NCBI GenBank assembly: GCA_963772725.1
Contig: CAVYYI010000001.1
Span: 320,001 to 384,000, forward strand
Length of the DNA: 64,000 nt
Direction of reading: 5' to 3'
DNA from: an uncultured Phycisphaerales bacterium
GTDB taxonomy: Bacteria; Planctomycetota; Phycisphaerae; Sedimentisphaerales; Anaerobacaceae
Numbering within the stretch: position 1 is the first letter of the stretch; each line of letters opens with the position of its first letter. Of the stretch, positions 31,051 through 43,500 are shown piece by piece. The translations under genes and the position numbers were made by a program. The notes below the pieces were generated by a model. That model was given only the letters and a program-made list of their open reading frames with translations. It did not search any database and was not told where the DNA came from.

Positions 31051-32454
31051 ATGTCAAAAAAAGTTTTTATTCGTAGTTTCGGCTGCCAGATGAACAAGCT
31101 TGATACGGCTTTGGTGATTTCGGCTCTCAAGGCAGGGGGCTTTGATTTCACCGACACCGATAAAGATGCTGACGTTGTCCTGATAAATACCTGTTCAGTT
31201 CGTCAGCATGCCGAAGAGCGTGTCCTTTCGCATATCGGGAACCTAAGCCATCTGAAGAAAAATAGGCCTGATGTTATTGTTGGTATAATTGGCTGCATGG
31301 CCCAGCGGCTGGGAAATGAGCTGCTGAAAAATCAGGCTGTTGACCTTGTTTGCGGGCCAGCACAAATACCGCGGATTACTGAAATCGTTAATCAGGCTCT
31401 TGCTAAAAATGGGAAGGTTTCTGCTGTAACTGATAAAATTCGTCAAATTATCCCTCCGCAGCAGTCGCAGGCATTGGAAGATTTTGAGAGTCTGTATGAT
31501 ACAGAGGACGATGCTATTCCCGCACATGCCTATGTTCGCGTTATGCACGGCTGCAATAAGTTCTGCACTTACTGCGTCGTGCCTTACGTTCGCGGGCCGG
31601 AAATTTCGCGTTCGCCGCAGACTATTATTGAGCAGATAAAAAGACTGGCTGGCCAAGGTATCAAGGTAATTACACTTCTTGGTCAAACGGTTAATTCATA
31701 CAAATATACTTCCGGCGATAAGACGTATTGTCTTGCCGATATACTCGAAATGTCAAACGCTATTGAAGGTATCGAATGGATAAAATTTGTTACCAGTTAC
31801 CCCGAAGAGGAATTTTTTGATGAGATTTGCCACGCGATGGCGAACCTTCCTAAGGTCTGCAAGTATCTGCATATCCCCGCGCAGAGCGGCTCCGACAAAA
31901 TCCTAAAAGCGATGAACCGCCATTATACAACCTCCCGGTATCTGGGACTGCTCGAAAGGGCAAGAGCCATTGTGCCGGGCATTGCTGTCGCAGGTGACTT
32001 TATCGTCGGTTTTCCAGATGAAACCGAAGAAGATTTTCAACAGAGCGTTGAGCTTGTCAAACAGGCACGGTACAAAAACGCCTTTATATTCAAGTATTCG
32101 CCGCGACCTGGTACCACCTCTGAAAAAAGGCTGGAAGATAATATTCCGGCGAAAGTGAAAAAACAGAGAAATAACGCACTCCTTGATGTTCAGACCAAAA
32201 TCAGCGATGAATTGAGCTGGGCGTTTCTTAATACCGAGGTTACGGTTTTTGTCGAAGGGCAGAGCAAAAAGCCACACCTCAATAACGTCGGCGGCGGTGA
32301 TAATCCGCAGTTAATCGGCAGAACTGGAACGGATTGGATAGTAGTTTTTAACGGCCCTAAATCTCTGGCAGGGCGGTTTGCAAAGGTCAAAATTACTAAG
32401 GTCAGCCCTCTGACATTATTTGGGCAAATGCTGCCTATTAAAAAGGATGAATGA
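31051..32454 (+). CDS. miaB: tRNA-2-methylthio-N6-dimethylallyladenosine synthase
   Basis: FGCQMN, NTCSVR, GCMAQR, radical SAM CNKFCTYC, YSPRPGT, TRAM domain. Confidence 0.95.
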   Translation: MSKKVFIRSFGCQMNKLDTALVISALKAGGFDFTDTDKDADVVLINTCSVRQHAEERVLSHIGNLSHLKKNRPDVIVGIIGCMAQRLGNELLKNQAVDLVCGPAQIPRITEIVNQALAKNGKVSAVTDKIRQIIPPQQSQALEDFESLYDTEDDAIPAHAYVRVMHGCNKFCTYCVVPYVRGPEISRSPQTIIEQIKRLAGQGIKVITLLGQTVNSYKYTSGDKTYCLADILEMSNAIEGIEWIKFVTSYPEEEFFDEICHAMANLPKVCKYLHIPAQSGSDKILKAMNRHYTTSRYLGLLERARAIVPGIAVAGDFIVGFPDETEEDFQQSVELVKQARYKNAFIFKYSPRPGTTSEKRLEDNIPAKVKKQRNNALLDVQTKISDELSWAFLNTEVTVFVEGQSKKPHLNNVGGGDNPQLIGRTGTDWIVVFNGPKSLAGRFAKVKITKVSPLTLFGQMLPIKKDE

Positions 32455-32457
32455 ATC

Positions 32458-33237
32458 ATGAACACTCTCAGGAACAAAAAAGGCTTCATCTGTGATATGG
32501 ACGGCGTGATATACCACGGCAACAAACTTGTTGAAGGCTCAGAAGATTTTGTCACGTGGCTCAAAGCGGAAAATAAAAAATTCATCTTCCTGACCAACAG
32601 CAGTGAAAAAACGCCTAAGGAATTGCAGAATAAGTTATTGCGGATGGGAATCGAGGTTGACGAGACGCACTTTATCACCTCTGCACAGGCGACCGCGAGT
32701 TTCCTGGCCAGCCAGAACCCAAACGTCGGTGTCTATGTTATAGGTGAGGCAGGCCTGATAAACGCGCTTCATGATGCGGGTTTCTATATCGACAATGTTA
32801 ATCCCGCCTATGTCGTTGTGGGGGAGACGCGGGGCTATAACTACGAACAGATTGAACACGCTATCAGGTTCGTCCTGAATGGCGCAAAACTAATCGGCAC
32901 AAATTCCGACCTCACCGGCCCATCTGAAAAAGGAATTGTCCCTGCGTGCAGGGCGCTTATCGCACCTATCGAGATGGCTACCGGCAGAAAGGCTTATTTC
33001 ATAGGCAAGCCTAACCCGCTTATTATGCGTCATGCTATGAAACGCATCGGCTGTGAACGTCAGGATACTCTGATTGTCGGCGACAGGATGGATACTGATA
33101 TTATCGCGGGTATAGAATCAGAGATTCAGACAGCCCTGGTTCTCAGCGGTATCACAAAAAAAGAAGACCTTGTTCTGTTCCCTTATCGCCCGGATTTCAT
33201 CCTGAATACCGCCTCGGACATCATGAAAAAACCCTAA
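32458..33237 (+). CDS. HAD-IIA family hydrolase (NagD-like)
   Basis: DMDGVIY, LTNSS, GKPNP, VGDRMDTDI. Confidence 0.93.
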   Translation: MNTLRNKKGFICDMDGVIYHGNKLVEGSEDFVTWLKAENKKFIFLTNSSEKTPKELQNKLLRMGIEVDETHFITSAQATASFLASQNPNVGVYVIGEAGLINALHDAGFYIDNVNPAYVVVGETRGYNYEQIEHAIRFVLNGAKLIGTNSDLTGPSEKGIVPACRALIAPIEMATGRKAYFIGKPNPLIMRHAMKRIGCERQDTLIVGDRMDTDIIAGIESEIQTALVLSGITKKEDLVLFPYRPDFILNTASDIMKKP

Positions 33238-33369
33238 CCGCAATAAAAAAAGTTAAAATTTGAGCAAAACAGAATCTATCCGAAGGGGGGATTGCCTGTG
33301 TTTAACCGCTATAAAACGCTATATTTGCCTTAGGCAAAGCCCCTATGAACATTTTCCATTTTTTCTCAC

Positions 33370-33441
33370 TCAAAAAAAAATAAAAATATTTTTATTTTTT
33401 TTAATTTATCCTATTGACGATTCCAGCAGATAGGTTACAAT
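33370..33441 (+). promoter_or_regulatory. rRNA promoter with UP-element-like A/T tracts
   Basis: TTGACG(33414)-16 nt-TACAAT(33436), preceded by long A and T tracts. Confidence 0.8.
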
Positions 33442-33515
33442 ACGCTTCTCAGTGGTCAGGCAGGAGCCTAAACAACTATGCGTGACCACTGTTTATTTTT
33501 GAAAAAAGATAAGAA

Positions 33516-33561
33516 GCTCTTTTACAAGTTAACAGTTAAGCTACATAAGCAGCGAAAGTGT
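33516..33561 (+). other. boxA-like element and 5' arm of the 16S processing stem (3' arm at 35329-35357)
   Basis: GCTCTTTTACAA; AACAGTTAAG...AAGCAGCGAAAGTGT pairs with ACATTTTCGTTGCTTAGGTCTTAACTGTT. Confidence 0.75.
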
Positions 33562-33707
33562 AGCATTCGTGTCGGGTACGCAAAGCCGGCATAGTTGATA
33601 GAAAACCATTAATTTGGTGTAATTTCAACACTTTCGTTTGCGTATAGCGAATAGTGTTGAGCCTTTTAATTGACGATATCCCGCCTTCAGGCGGGTTCGA
33701 CGATATA

Positions 33708-35281
<1,574 letters not shown>

Positions 35282-35366
35282 AGGATACTTTAGAACGCAT
35301 TCGCCTTATGGGGCGATGGAAAAGTCAGACATTTTCGTTGCTTAGGTCTTAACTGTTCTTGATATT

Positions 35367-35402
35367 AAAAAAGCCCTGTGATTAATTTCACGGGGCTTTT
35401 TT
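35367..35402. terminator. Bidirectional intrinsic terminator
   Basis: AAAAAA-GCCCTGTGA-TTAATT-TCACGGGGC-TTTTTT between the 16S gene and a convergent CDS. Confidence 0.9.
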
Positions 35403-35412
35403 ATTTGGAATG

Positions 35413-37221
35413 TTAGTTCAGGGATGGAGACATTTGCGGGCAGATGTTTTCGTTAATATTTTCCGGGTAGGCCTTTTGGAGGCAGGGCAGAAGGTAGTTA
35501 TTTACTACAATATCCCAACTCATCTCTTTAGCCAGGCTGTAGCCGGAGTTAATCATATTTTCCATTTCTGAGTCATTTCGCGGCAGGCGTGAACATATCT
35601 GAAGAGCGACTTTTTGGCCTACATAATCCTCTATTTTGCTTCGCAGGGTATGGTCAATTTGAGTCGCTTCCGCGATAGAACTGAAATTATGATTTAAGCT
35701 GTTAAGGTCTGTGTAATCGGCGACGATAATATTTTTTACTTCACTGCCGCCCGAAGCGTCGCGGGCAAAGCCTGCACAGCCGCAAACGCTGCTTAATACG
35801 CATATACCGCCGAATGTGAGTGATTCAAGCTGTGCGATGCCAAAGGGTTCGTAGATGCTTAATCCGAATTCGACGTCGCTGCCCCTGCGGATGTCCATAA
35901 ATTCCATATCGTGCGGCATTCTTTTCCCGCAGAGTTTCTGCTCGAAGCCGAACTGGTTGATGAAAACGACTTTAATATTTGCGGTTTTGGCGTTGAACTC
36001 CTGGATGGCAGCGTAAAAGGCGGCTTCTCCGCCGGAAAGGTCGGGCCAACTCTCGCGATGTGCGACCGGCCAGTTGTAATTCGATTCCATATTGGCAATA
36101 TCGCTGCTGCGTCTCTGGTGCATTTCCGTGGAGAGCAGGAACATAACACCAGTCTTGCCCAGTGTTTTAAATTCTTTTTCGATATTATAGAGTATCCGCA
36201 GGTCCCGCCAGAGACCTTTGCTTCTTACGAGCCTTGCGACATGTGTGAAGATAAAATCTGGTTTATAACCGAGCAGATTTTCACAATAAAGCATAAGCCT
36301 GGCCTTTGAGCGGAGTTTTTCTTCCAAGGATGTTTTGTAAGCTGGCAGGCCGTTATAGACTATATTTATATTGGCGTTCGCAAATTCCGGCGCGATAAAT
36401 TTCAATTCATCGACAACATAATCTCCCACCGCGCATATCGCATCGCAGTGTTTCGAGGCTTCCACGAGAGAATGTTTGAAAAATTCGCTCTGGTCACCGA
36501 ATACGTTATTCAGGTAAAGGCTCGAATCATGAGCCTTGGCGATTGCGTTATAAAACATCGTATCATGACCTGGATGTTTTTCGACGATATGCCTCATTGT
36601 AGCGACTTCGTGGGCATAAAAGGCCGTCTTGAAATTATGGGAACAGTCAAGCATTGCCGCCAGGGCAGTTGGCATTCCCATAAATTCGTGTGCGACAACG
36701 GTTGTGGATTCGCCTCCGGCACCGATAGCCTTTATCGCGGATATTGCCGGCAGGGCGATTCTTATGTATTGTTCATATTCCCAAAGATGTTCGTGGAGAT
36801 TGCTGCGAATGCCGAATTTGGCATATAGCTGTTTTTTGAATTCGTTGACTGGGCCGATATCCATGCGCCTTATGTCGATAAGCAGGACTTCGGGTGAACT
36901 TTTTACGCCTGTCTGCTTATCGCAGAAAGTGCGTCTGCCGTAAACGATGTTGACATTGTAGTAATTTTCAATCCTGCCAAACGCGTCCGCGTAACCCGTA
37001 TCACCAAGACCGTCAATGGAAGAATACAGCACTTCGCCGTCTTCGCCGAGCCTGTCCAGCGGCGAGCCTTCGGTTGAGAACAAAGGTCCGACGAGTATCG
37101 AGCGTTCAACTGCGTTAAGATACGAAGGCGATGTGAAAAAGCCGTGGAGAACCGCTCCTATGCCGCCGACTTTTGTTTTTGCCTCGTGAGTTACATGTAC
37201 GAGCGTCATCTTCTCTGTCAT
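35413..37221 (-). CDS. GT-B glycosyltransferase related to GT3 glycogen synthases
   Basis: HEA..KVGGIG.V, AHEFMG, SIYEPFGIAQLE motifs resemble GT3 E..NKVGGI and SYYEPWG. Confidence 0.7.
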   Translation of the reverse strand: MTEKMTLVHVTHEAKTKVGGIGAVLHGFFTSPSYLNAVERSILVGPLFSTEGSPLDRLGEDGEVLYSSIDGLGDTGYADAFGRIENYYNVNIVYGRRTFCDKQTGVKSSPEVLLIDIRRMDIGPVNEFKKQLYAKFGIRSNLHEHLWEYEQYIRIALPAISAIKAIGAGGESTTVVAHEFMGMPTALAAMLDCSHNFKTAFYAHEVATMRHIVEKHPGHDTMFYNAIAKAHDSSLYLNNVFGDQSEFFKHSLVEASKHCDAICAVGDYVVDELKFIAPEFANANINIVYNGLPAYKTSLEEKLRSKARLMLYCENLLGYKPDFIFTHVARLVRSKGLWRDLRILYNIEKEFKTLGKTGVMFLLSTEMHQRRSSDIANMESNYNWPVAHRESWPDLSGGEAAFYAAIQEFNAKTANIKVVFINQFGFEQKLCGKRMPHDMEFMDIRRGSDVEFGLSIYEPFGIAQLESLTFGGICVLSSVCGCAGFARDASGGSEVKNIIVADYTDLNSLNHNFSSIAEATQIDHTLRSKIEDYVGQKVALQICSRLPRNDSEMENMINSGYSLAKEMSWDIVVNNYLLPCLQKAYPENINENICPQMSPSLN

Positions 37222-37390
37222 AGCAATATCTTTCTGTGTTAAGAAGTTAAATTTATTGTTCTTTCCATGTAAAATATAAGAAATGCCTTATGGTTTGCAA
37301 AACCGGAGTTTTTAACAAATTTGAGAAAGGCAAAAGTATTTTGACCGCAAGCGTGTTTTTTGGGACGTTTGAAATTATTTCCGCGTGTAA

Positions 37391-37900
37391 TCAGGCGATT
37401 TTGCCGCGGAGCGTTCTAATCAGCCCTGCAAGGACACCTGGAGCGACGTCCGCCAGTTCAGGTTCGGGCATATCGCTCATGGCGATTCTGTTGAGAATTT
37501 TTCTGGCACGAGCTGAATGGGGTTTCAATGTATTAGCGATTTGTTCCGCTTCATCGAGTTCACCGTCGGCCATTTGCCTGATGCAGATGATAACATTTTT
37601 TGTAAGTTCCTTTTCATTCATTTCCGAGACGGGCGCTGTTTCGGCGGGTTCTGCTGACTCATCGGGCGTTTCTCGTTCGCCGAGGATATCGAAACCGAGT
37701 TTATAGGTTTCAGCCATAAGGCGTTTTTTTCTTTCTTCATCGCTTTCATCGATGGGCGCCAGCTTCAAATCGTCATCGGGATTGAGGTTAGGTATGTAAA
37801 CTTTATTATGGCAGCCCGGGCATTTTCCCCACTTGCCGCCGCTGTTGTCAGGAGCCTCAATTTTTTTGCCGCAGTGTTCACAATGAAAAGTTATGCTCAT
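37391..37900 (-). CDS. Hypothetical protein with planctomycete-type N-terminal zinc ribbon
   Basis: ITFHCEHCGK.I...D...GK.GKCPGC. Confidence 0.75.
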   Translation of the reverse strand: MSITFHCEHCGKKIEAPDNSGGKWGKCPGCHNKVYIPNLNPDDDLKLAPIDESDEERKKRLMAETYKLGFDILGERETPDESAEPAETAPVSEMNEKELTKNVIICIRQMADGELDEAEQIANTLKPHSARARKILNRIAMSDMPEPELADVAPGVLAGLIRTLRGKIA

Positions 37901-37919
37901 TTTCGTTCCTCTGCAATTG

Positions 37920-38273
37920 TTATTTTGTCATTTTATACTCTGCCGCTACTTCTGTCGTGATTCCGCCGCGGGGCGTGAAGCGGGATGTAATCTTCAACCT
38001 GCGGGGTTTGCACGCAGCGGATAAATCGTTGAGTATGTCATTGGTCAGGGATTCGTAGAAAATCCCCTTGTTGCGGTAGCTTTGCATATATAATTTCAGG
38101 CTTTTTAATTCTATGCAGCTTTTGTCCGGGCAGTATTCGATGGTGATTTCGCCAAAATCGGGCTGGCCTGTTTTCGGGCAAACGCTCGTAAATTCGGGGC
38201 AGCGTATTGTTATAATGTAATCGCGTCCCAGACGGGGGTTATCGAATAATTCTAATTTTGGTTTTTCGCCCAT
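37920..38273 (-). CDS. queF: PreQ1 synthase (7-cyano-7-deazaguanine reductase, type I)
   Basis: [29 protein letters not shown]. Confidence 0.96.
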   Translation of the reverse strand: MGEKPKLELFDNPRLGRDYIITIRCPEFTSVCPKTGQPDFGEITIEYCPDKSCIELKSLKLYMQSYRNKGIFYESLTNDILNDLSAACKPRRLKITSRFTPRGGITTEVAAEYKMTK

Positions 38274-38344
38274 TTTTTCAACCTCGCCAAAATCTAAATA
38301 ATCAGTATAATAGATATGGGCAATTTTTGCAAGGATGATGATAA

Positions 38345-39043
38345 ATGCGAAAGAAAAATAAAAAAGCGGTTGTTCTGTTGAGCGGCGGCCTTGATTCGAC
38401 TACGACGCTCGCTATCGCGATATCCAAGGGTTTTAAGTGCTATGCGCTGACGTTCCGATATGGCCAGCGGCATAAGCGTGAAACTCAAGCTGCCAGAACA
38501 ATAGCCCGTCGGCTTGGGGCGGTCGAACATCGTATTATAAATATCGATTTGTCGCAATTTGGCGGCTCGGCACTTACTGATTCAGCCATTAAGGTGCCGA
38601 AAGGTAGAAAAGAATTGACAGGGCAGGGGGTTATACCGGTTACGTATGTGCCAGCGAGAAATACCGTATTTCTAAGTTATGCTCTTGCCTGGGCGGAAGT
38701 GCTGGGGGCGTTCGATATATTTATCGGGGTTAACTGTACTGATTACAGCGGCTACCCCGACTGCCGTCCGGAGTTTATCTCCGCCTTTGAGAAAATGGCC
38801 AATCTCGCCACCGCCGCGGCTATTGAAAAGAAGGGGCATTACCATATCCAGACTCCGATTATAAAAATGACTAAGGCGCAGATTATTCGTACCGGCACAA
38901 AACTCGGTGTCGATTATTCGTTGACTCATAGCTGTTACGACCCCGACAAAAAAGGCAGAAGCTGCGGCAGATGCGATTCATGTCGGCTGAGATTAAAAGG
39001 CTTTGCTGAGGCAGGTTTAACCGACCCGATAAAGTACAGATGA
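38345..39043 (+). CDS. queC: 7-cyano-7-deazaguanine synthase
   Basis: [30 protein letters not shown]...CGRCDSC. Confidence 0.97.
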   Translation: MRKKNKKAVVLLSGGLDSTTTLAIAISKGFKCYALTFRYGQRHKRETQAARTIARRLGAVEHRIINIDLSQFGGSALTDSAIKVPKGRKELTGQGVIPVTYVPARNTVFLSYALAWAEVLGAFDIFIGVNCTDYSGYPDCRPEFISAFEKMANLATAAAIEKKGHYHIQTPIIKMTKAQIIRTGTKLGVDYSLTHSCYDPDKKGRSCGRCDSCRLRLKGFAEAGLTDPIKYR

Positions 39044-39699
39044 TAATAAACGAAATTTTTTATTCTTTACAGGGGGAGGGATTTCTGGCGGGACGTCCGA
39101 GCGTTTTTGTCAGGCTCGCTGGTTGTAGGCTTCGGTGCCGATGGTGCGATACAAAATACGCCTGGGACCCGGAGGCGGGGCGGCCTTATAATTTAGACGA
39201 AATAGTCAAGACTGTTTTGAGGTATCCGTGCAGGTTTGTTGTGATTACTGGCGGCGAGCCGCTGGCAAATCCGGAACTGCCGGAACTTGCCAAAACACTC
39301 AAAGCCGCAGATATGCATATCACCATTGAAACTGCTGGCGTTAGTTTTGTACCGGATTTAGCCTGTGACTTGATGAGTATCAGCCCCAAACTGAGTAATT
39401 CCAAGGTGGAGAATAAAGATTCAAAGCTGAATATTGAAAGTCTTAGAAAGCTGGTCAGCAGTTACAATTATCAAATAAAATTTGTAGTTGATTCACCGGA
39501 TGATTTGCAGGAAATTGAAGAAACCCTTAAAGGGGTCGGAAATATTGACAGGGGGAAAGTGATGCTGATGCCGCAGGCTATTACCAGAGACGAGTTTATT
39601 CGCAAATCGCCGATGGTGGCCGAAATGTGCAAAAATAACGGCTTTACATTCTCCCAGCGACTTCATATTCTTCTCTGGGACACCACCCGCGGCAAATAG
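39040..39699 (+). CDS. queE: 7-carboxy-7-deazaguanine synthase (radical SAM)
   Basis: [34 protein letters not shown]. Confidence 0.95.
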   Translation: MIINEIFYSLQGEGFLAGRPSVFVRLAGCRLRCRWCDTKYAWDPEAGRPYNLDEIVKTVLRYPCRFVVITGGEPLANPELPELAKTLKAADMHITIETAGVSFVPDLACDLMSISPKLSNSKVENKDSKLNIESLRKLVSSYNYQIKFVVDSPDDLQEIEETLKGVGNIDRGKVMLMPQAITRDEFIRKSPMVAEMCKNNGFTFSQRLHILLWDTTRGK

Positions 39700-39760
39700 C
39701 GTTTATTCGAATTTGACAATTGACATTTGGCCCAAAATAGTAAATAATTGCCTGTGAATC

Positions 39761-39844
39761 GCCCGGGTGGCGGAATTGGCAGACGCGCCAGCTTGAGGGG
39801 CTGGTGAGATTTATCTCATGCAGGTTCAAATCCTGTCCCGGGCA
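39761..39844 (+). tRNA. tRNA-Leu (anticodon GAG), CCA not encoded
   Basis: GCCCGGG/CCCGGGC acceptor stem, anticodon arm CCAGC-TTGAGGG-GCTGG, long variable arm, GGTTCAAATCC T-loop. Confidence 0.97.
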
Positions 39845-39893
39845 GTCAAAATTATATAATGAATCAGACTGATTCACCTGAAAAGGAATAAAT

Positions 39894-40187
39894 ATGTCAC
39901 CTAAAGGCGAGATATTGAAGACTATACGAACGCATTCCAATGAACTTAAAGCTTATGGTGTTAAAAAGGTAGGTCTTTTTGGTTCTTTCGTTCATTCAAA
40001 ACAAAATCCCAATAGTGATATCGATATACTTGTTGAGTTTGACCGCGCCAGAAAAACATTTGATAATTATATGGACCTCAAGTTCTTTCTCGAAAGATTG
40101 TTTAATCGGAAAGTTGATTTGGTTATCAAAAGCGCCTTGAAAACTCGAATTAAGGACAGGGTTCTTTCGGAAGTAAAGTATGCGTAA
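39894..40187 (+). CDS. MNT-family nucleotidyltransferase antitoxin (MntA-like)
   Basis: LFGS-x10-DID motif, 97 aa, KVDLV. Confidence 0.92.
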   Translation: MSPKGEILKTIRTHSNELKAYGVKKVGLFGSFVHSKQNPNSDIDILVEFDRARKTFDNYMDLKFFLERLFNRKVDLVIKSALKTRIKDRVLSEVKYA

Positions 40188-40515
40188 TGCAAAGCTATAT
40201 CTTGATGATATTTTAGAGGCTATAAAAAGAATTGAAAAATATACCAAAGGGCTGACCTTTGTGAGATTAAAGAAAGATATGCTTGTCCTTGACGGCGTTA
40301 TACGCAACCTTGAAATTATTGGCGAAGCCGCCAAAAACATACCAGTTCAGATTAAAGATAGATACCCTGATATTGAATGGAGAAAAATAGCAGGTTTACG
40401 TGACATCCTGGCGCATGAATACTTTGGGATAGATATTGAAGTCGTTTGGGATGTTATTAAAAACAAAATCCCAGTTCTGAAAAAAGATGTAAACCACATA
40501 TTGCGAAGCCTTTAA
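40180..40515 (+). CDS. HEPN (DUF86) RNase toxin (HepT-like)
   Basis: RNLEIIGEAAK, R-x4-H-x-Y motif RDILAHEY; overlaps the MNT gene. Confidence 0.93.
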   Translation: MRNAKLYLDDILEAIKRIEKYTKGLTFVRLKKDMLVLDGVIRNLEIIGEAAKNIPVQIKDRYPDIEWRKIAGLRDILAHEYFGIDIEVVWDVIKNKIPVLKKDVNHILRSL

Positions 40516-40541
40516 GGTATTTTGCAATAGTCAAGCAGATA

Positions 40542-43500
40542 TTAAGCTACCGCGGAGGATTGTTCTTCAATAGCGCCGAATTTCACACTGATTTTTTTGC
40601 TGACACCGTGCGTTTGCATCGTTACGCCGTATAACACATCAGCTATGCTCATTGTTCGCTTGGAGTGCGTTATGACAATGAACTGGGAATATTTCTGGAA
40701 TTCACTGATAATCATATTGAACCGCTCATTGTTGGCTTCATCGAGGGCCGCGTCAACTTCGTCGAGCATACAGAAAGGCGAGGGTTTTGCCTTGAAGACC
40801 GCAAAGAGCAGGGCGATAGCCGTCATTGTTTTTTCACCGCCGCTCAGCAGGGAAATAGTTCGCTGCTCTTTTCCCGGCGGCCGTGCGACAATCTCTATAC
40901 CGGCGTCGAGAATATCCTCTGCGTCTTCGAGTACTATGTCTGCCTTACCGCCTCCGAAGAGTTTGCGGAAAAGCTCCTGGAAATGTGTGCGTATTACTTC
41001 AAATGTTTCCTTGAATTTTTCCCGGCTTTGCTTATTGAGACGTGTGATTAACTGCTGGAGCTGGTCTTTGCCCTTGTTGAGGTCTTCGACCTGCACGGCG
41101 AGAAATTCATTTCGCTTTTCGAGTTCTTCCTGCTCGGCGATGGCTTCGACATTTACGTTGCCGAGTCGTTCGATTTTGCCGCGAAGGTCGGTCATTTCCT
41201 GTTTTACTGCCTCCCAGTCAACATCGCTCTGCTGGTAGCTCTGATAAGACTGAGCTATATCAAGTTGAAGCTCATCACGAACCTTTTCAACGATTGTCTG
41301 CTCTTTGACTTCGAGTTGGCTAAGTTCAATTCTAAGCTGATTAAGCTTCTGGTCGGTTTCATTTTGTTCTGTTCGTTTTTGGCGAAGAATCTGCTCGGCT
41401 TGAGTCCGCTGTTCGAGGAGTGTTTCGACCTTATCGTGCAGAGTGCGACTGGCCTGCTGGGTCTTTTCCTTTTCGACAAACAGTTCCGATACGGAGGATT
41501 CGCAGCTCAAAATGTCACGCTGTGCCTGGGTGGACTGACTGATGCAGTTCTGTATTTCAGCCTGTGCCGTGTCTATGGACGCCTGGTTTGCCTGCATCTG
41601 ATTTTGCAGGCTGATAATTGATTGTTTGAGTGCCTTATTTTGCTCGCTAACCTGACCGAGAGATACCCGCAGTTCGGTTAGCTGGGCATTTAAGGATTGT
41701 TGCTGCGATTTCTGGTCGATGTGTTTGGCTTCGAGTTCGGCGATATGGGCCTTACGCTCATTATTAACCGTTTCAAGTTCCTCAAGTTTTTGCTTTGAGT
41801 CATATTCTTTCTGTACAGATTGTGCTATCTGTTCTTCGAGAACAGCTATTTCGCCGGTAATCAGCGGCTGTTCTTCGGTTAGTCTTTTGAGGTTCTGTTC
41901 GTAAATAGTAAGTTTTGATTGAACCTGCATTTTCTCGGTGCTGGCCTCATAAACGGCTGTTCGCAGCTCTTTTATTAGTTTAACTACATGCTCATTGGCC
42001 TGATTATTTTTATTGATTTGGTCTTCGAGTTTCGCAATATCATCGGCAATATCAGCCATAATCTGCTGCAGTTGATTCAGGCGGCTCTTTCGCGATATAA
42101 GGCCGTCCGCTTTTCCCAGAGGTCCAAGCTTAATAGTCCCATCGGCACTTAAAAATTCGCCTTTCAATGTAACGAATTCATATTCGCTTCCTAATTCACG
42201 GGACAGTTCCACCGCGGCTGATGTTGAGTCAACAATCAATATTCTGCCCAGCAGTGTCCAAACCAGCGGCGAGTACTTGCTGTCATATTTTACGAATTCA
42301 ATAACGCGTCCTTTAATCTGAGAGTATTTTGATAAATCGGCGGAATCAGCAAAAGGTACCGTTCTGTCGGCGCAGATAAAATTTGCTCTGCCGTCGAGTT
42401 TTTCAATAGTTTGTGAATCCGCTAAAAGGCTGTCGGTACTGCTGACAACAAGAGCGGCGGTTTTGCCCTCGAGGGCTGCTTCAACGGCGCCGGCATATTT
42501 GACGTCGGCGACGATGATGTCTGCGAGAATACCTTGTACATAATCAAACCTGTTGTTGCCGGAAGACCTGCTCTGCAGTATGTCTTTAACGGCACTATTG
42601 ATGCCTTCTCGCCGGTTTTCCATATCGGTTAAAATGGATAGTTCGCTGCCAAGTGCGCTTCGCGTTTCCTTGCTGTGCGCGAGGCGTTTGCCGTCCTCCG
42701 CGATTAAACCGCTTATTTCCTCAGATTTTTTACGCTTGGATTCGAGGGAGTCCTGCAGTTCAACAAGCACCTTTTCTATGTCGTTCATTCGGGCGGTATA
42801 TTGCGCTTTTTCAGTCAAAAGTTTTTCAATTTCTACCTGGGCGGAGTTTGCGCGGCCGGCAAGCCGGTCCTTCTGGCTGGCAAGGCTGCTGCGGTAAACA
42901 GATATGCTCTGGATTTCATTGTGCAGTTGAGCCGTTCTTCGCACTATATCTATAATACCTGATTTTTCATCTTCGAGGTCAGCTTCGAGTGATGAGCATT
43001 GGGCGGTTATTTCCGAAAGTGCCTTCTGTAATTGTTCAACGGCGGCAGTTTTCTCCTGGAATATTTGTTCACAATTCAACTGTTCATCTTTATATCGTTT
43101 GAGGTCGTTTTCAAAAGACTTCTGCTGTTCACGAAGCGTATCTACTTTTTGCGAAGATGTCTCTTTTCTGCTCTGAAACTCAGCGATTCGCGTGCGTAAA
43201 AATTCAATTCGCTGAAGCTGCTGTTCGATTTTGCTTTGCACGGCGACGAGAGAATTGTCCGTGCGGTTTATCTCATTTTCGGTTTCAATTATTTCATTGC
43301 CCAACCCGCTTATCGAGGCATCATTTCTTGCGATTTCTGCCACCAGCAAGGCGAAACTCTGTTCTATTTCCGCCAGGGCGGTTCGTTTATCCGTGCGGGA
43401 TGTAATTATTTTATGATATTCCACTAATGAATAGTTTATCTGTAGTTCTTTTAGCCTTTGGGTATATTGCAGGTAGCTTCTTGCCTTACCCGCCTGGAGT

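Noticed and set aside
37920..39699. QueC-based defence (QatABCD) or 7-deazaguanine DNA modification (dpd) system
   Set aside because: Canonical queF/queC/queE with no dpdA, qat or other defence partners; ordinary queuosine pathway. No preQ1 riboswitch seen
39761..40540. tRNA-anchored prophage or integrative element
   Set aside because: No integrase, phage genes or second att copy found
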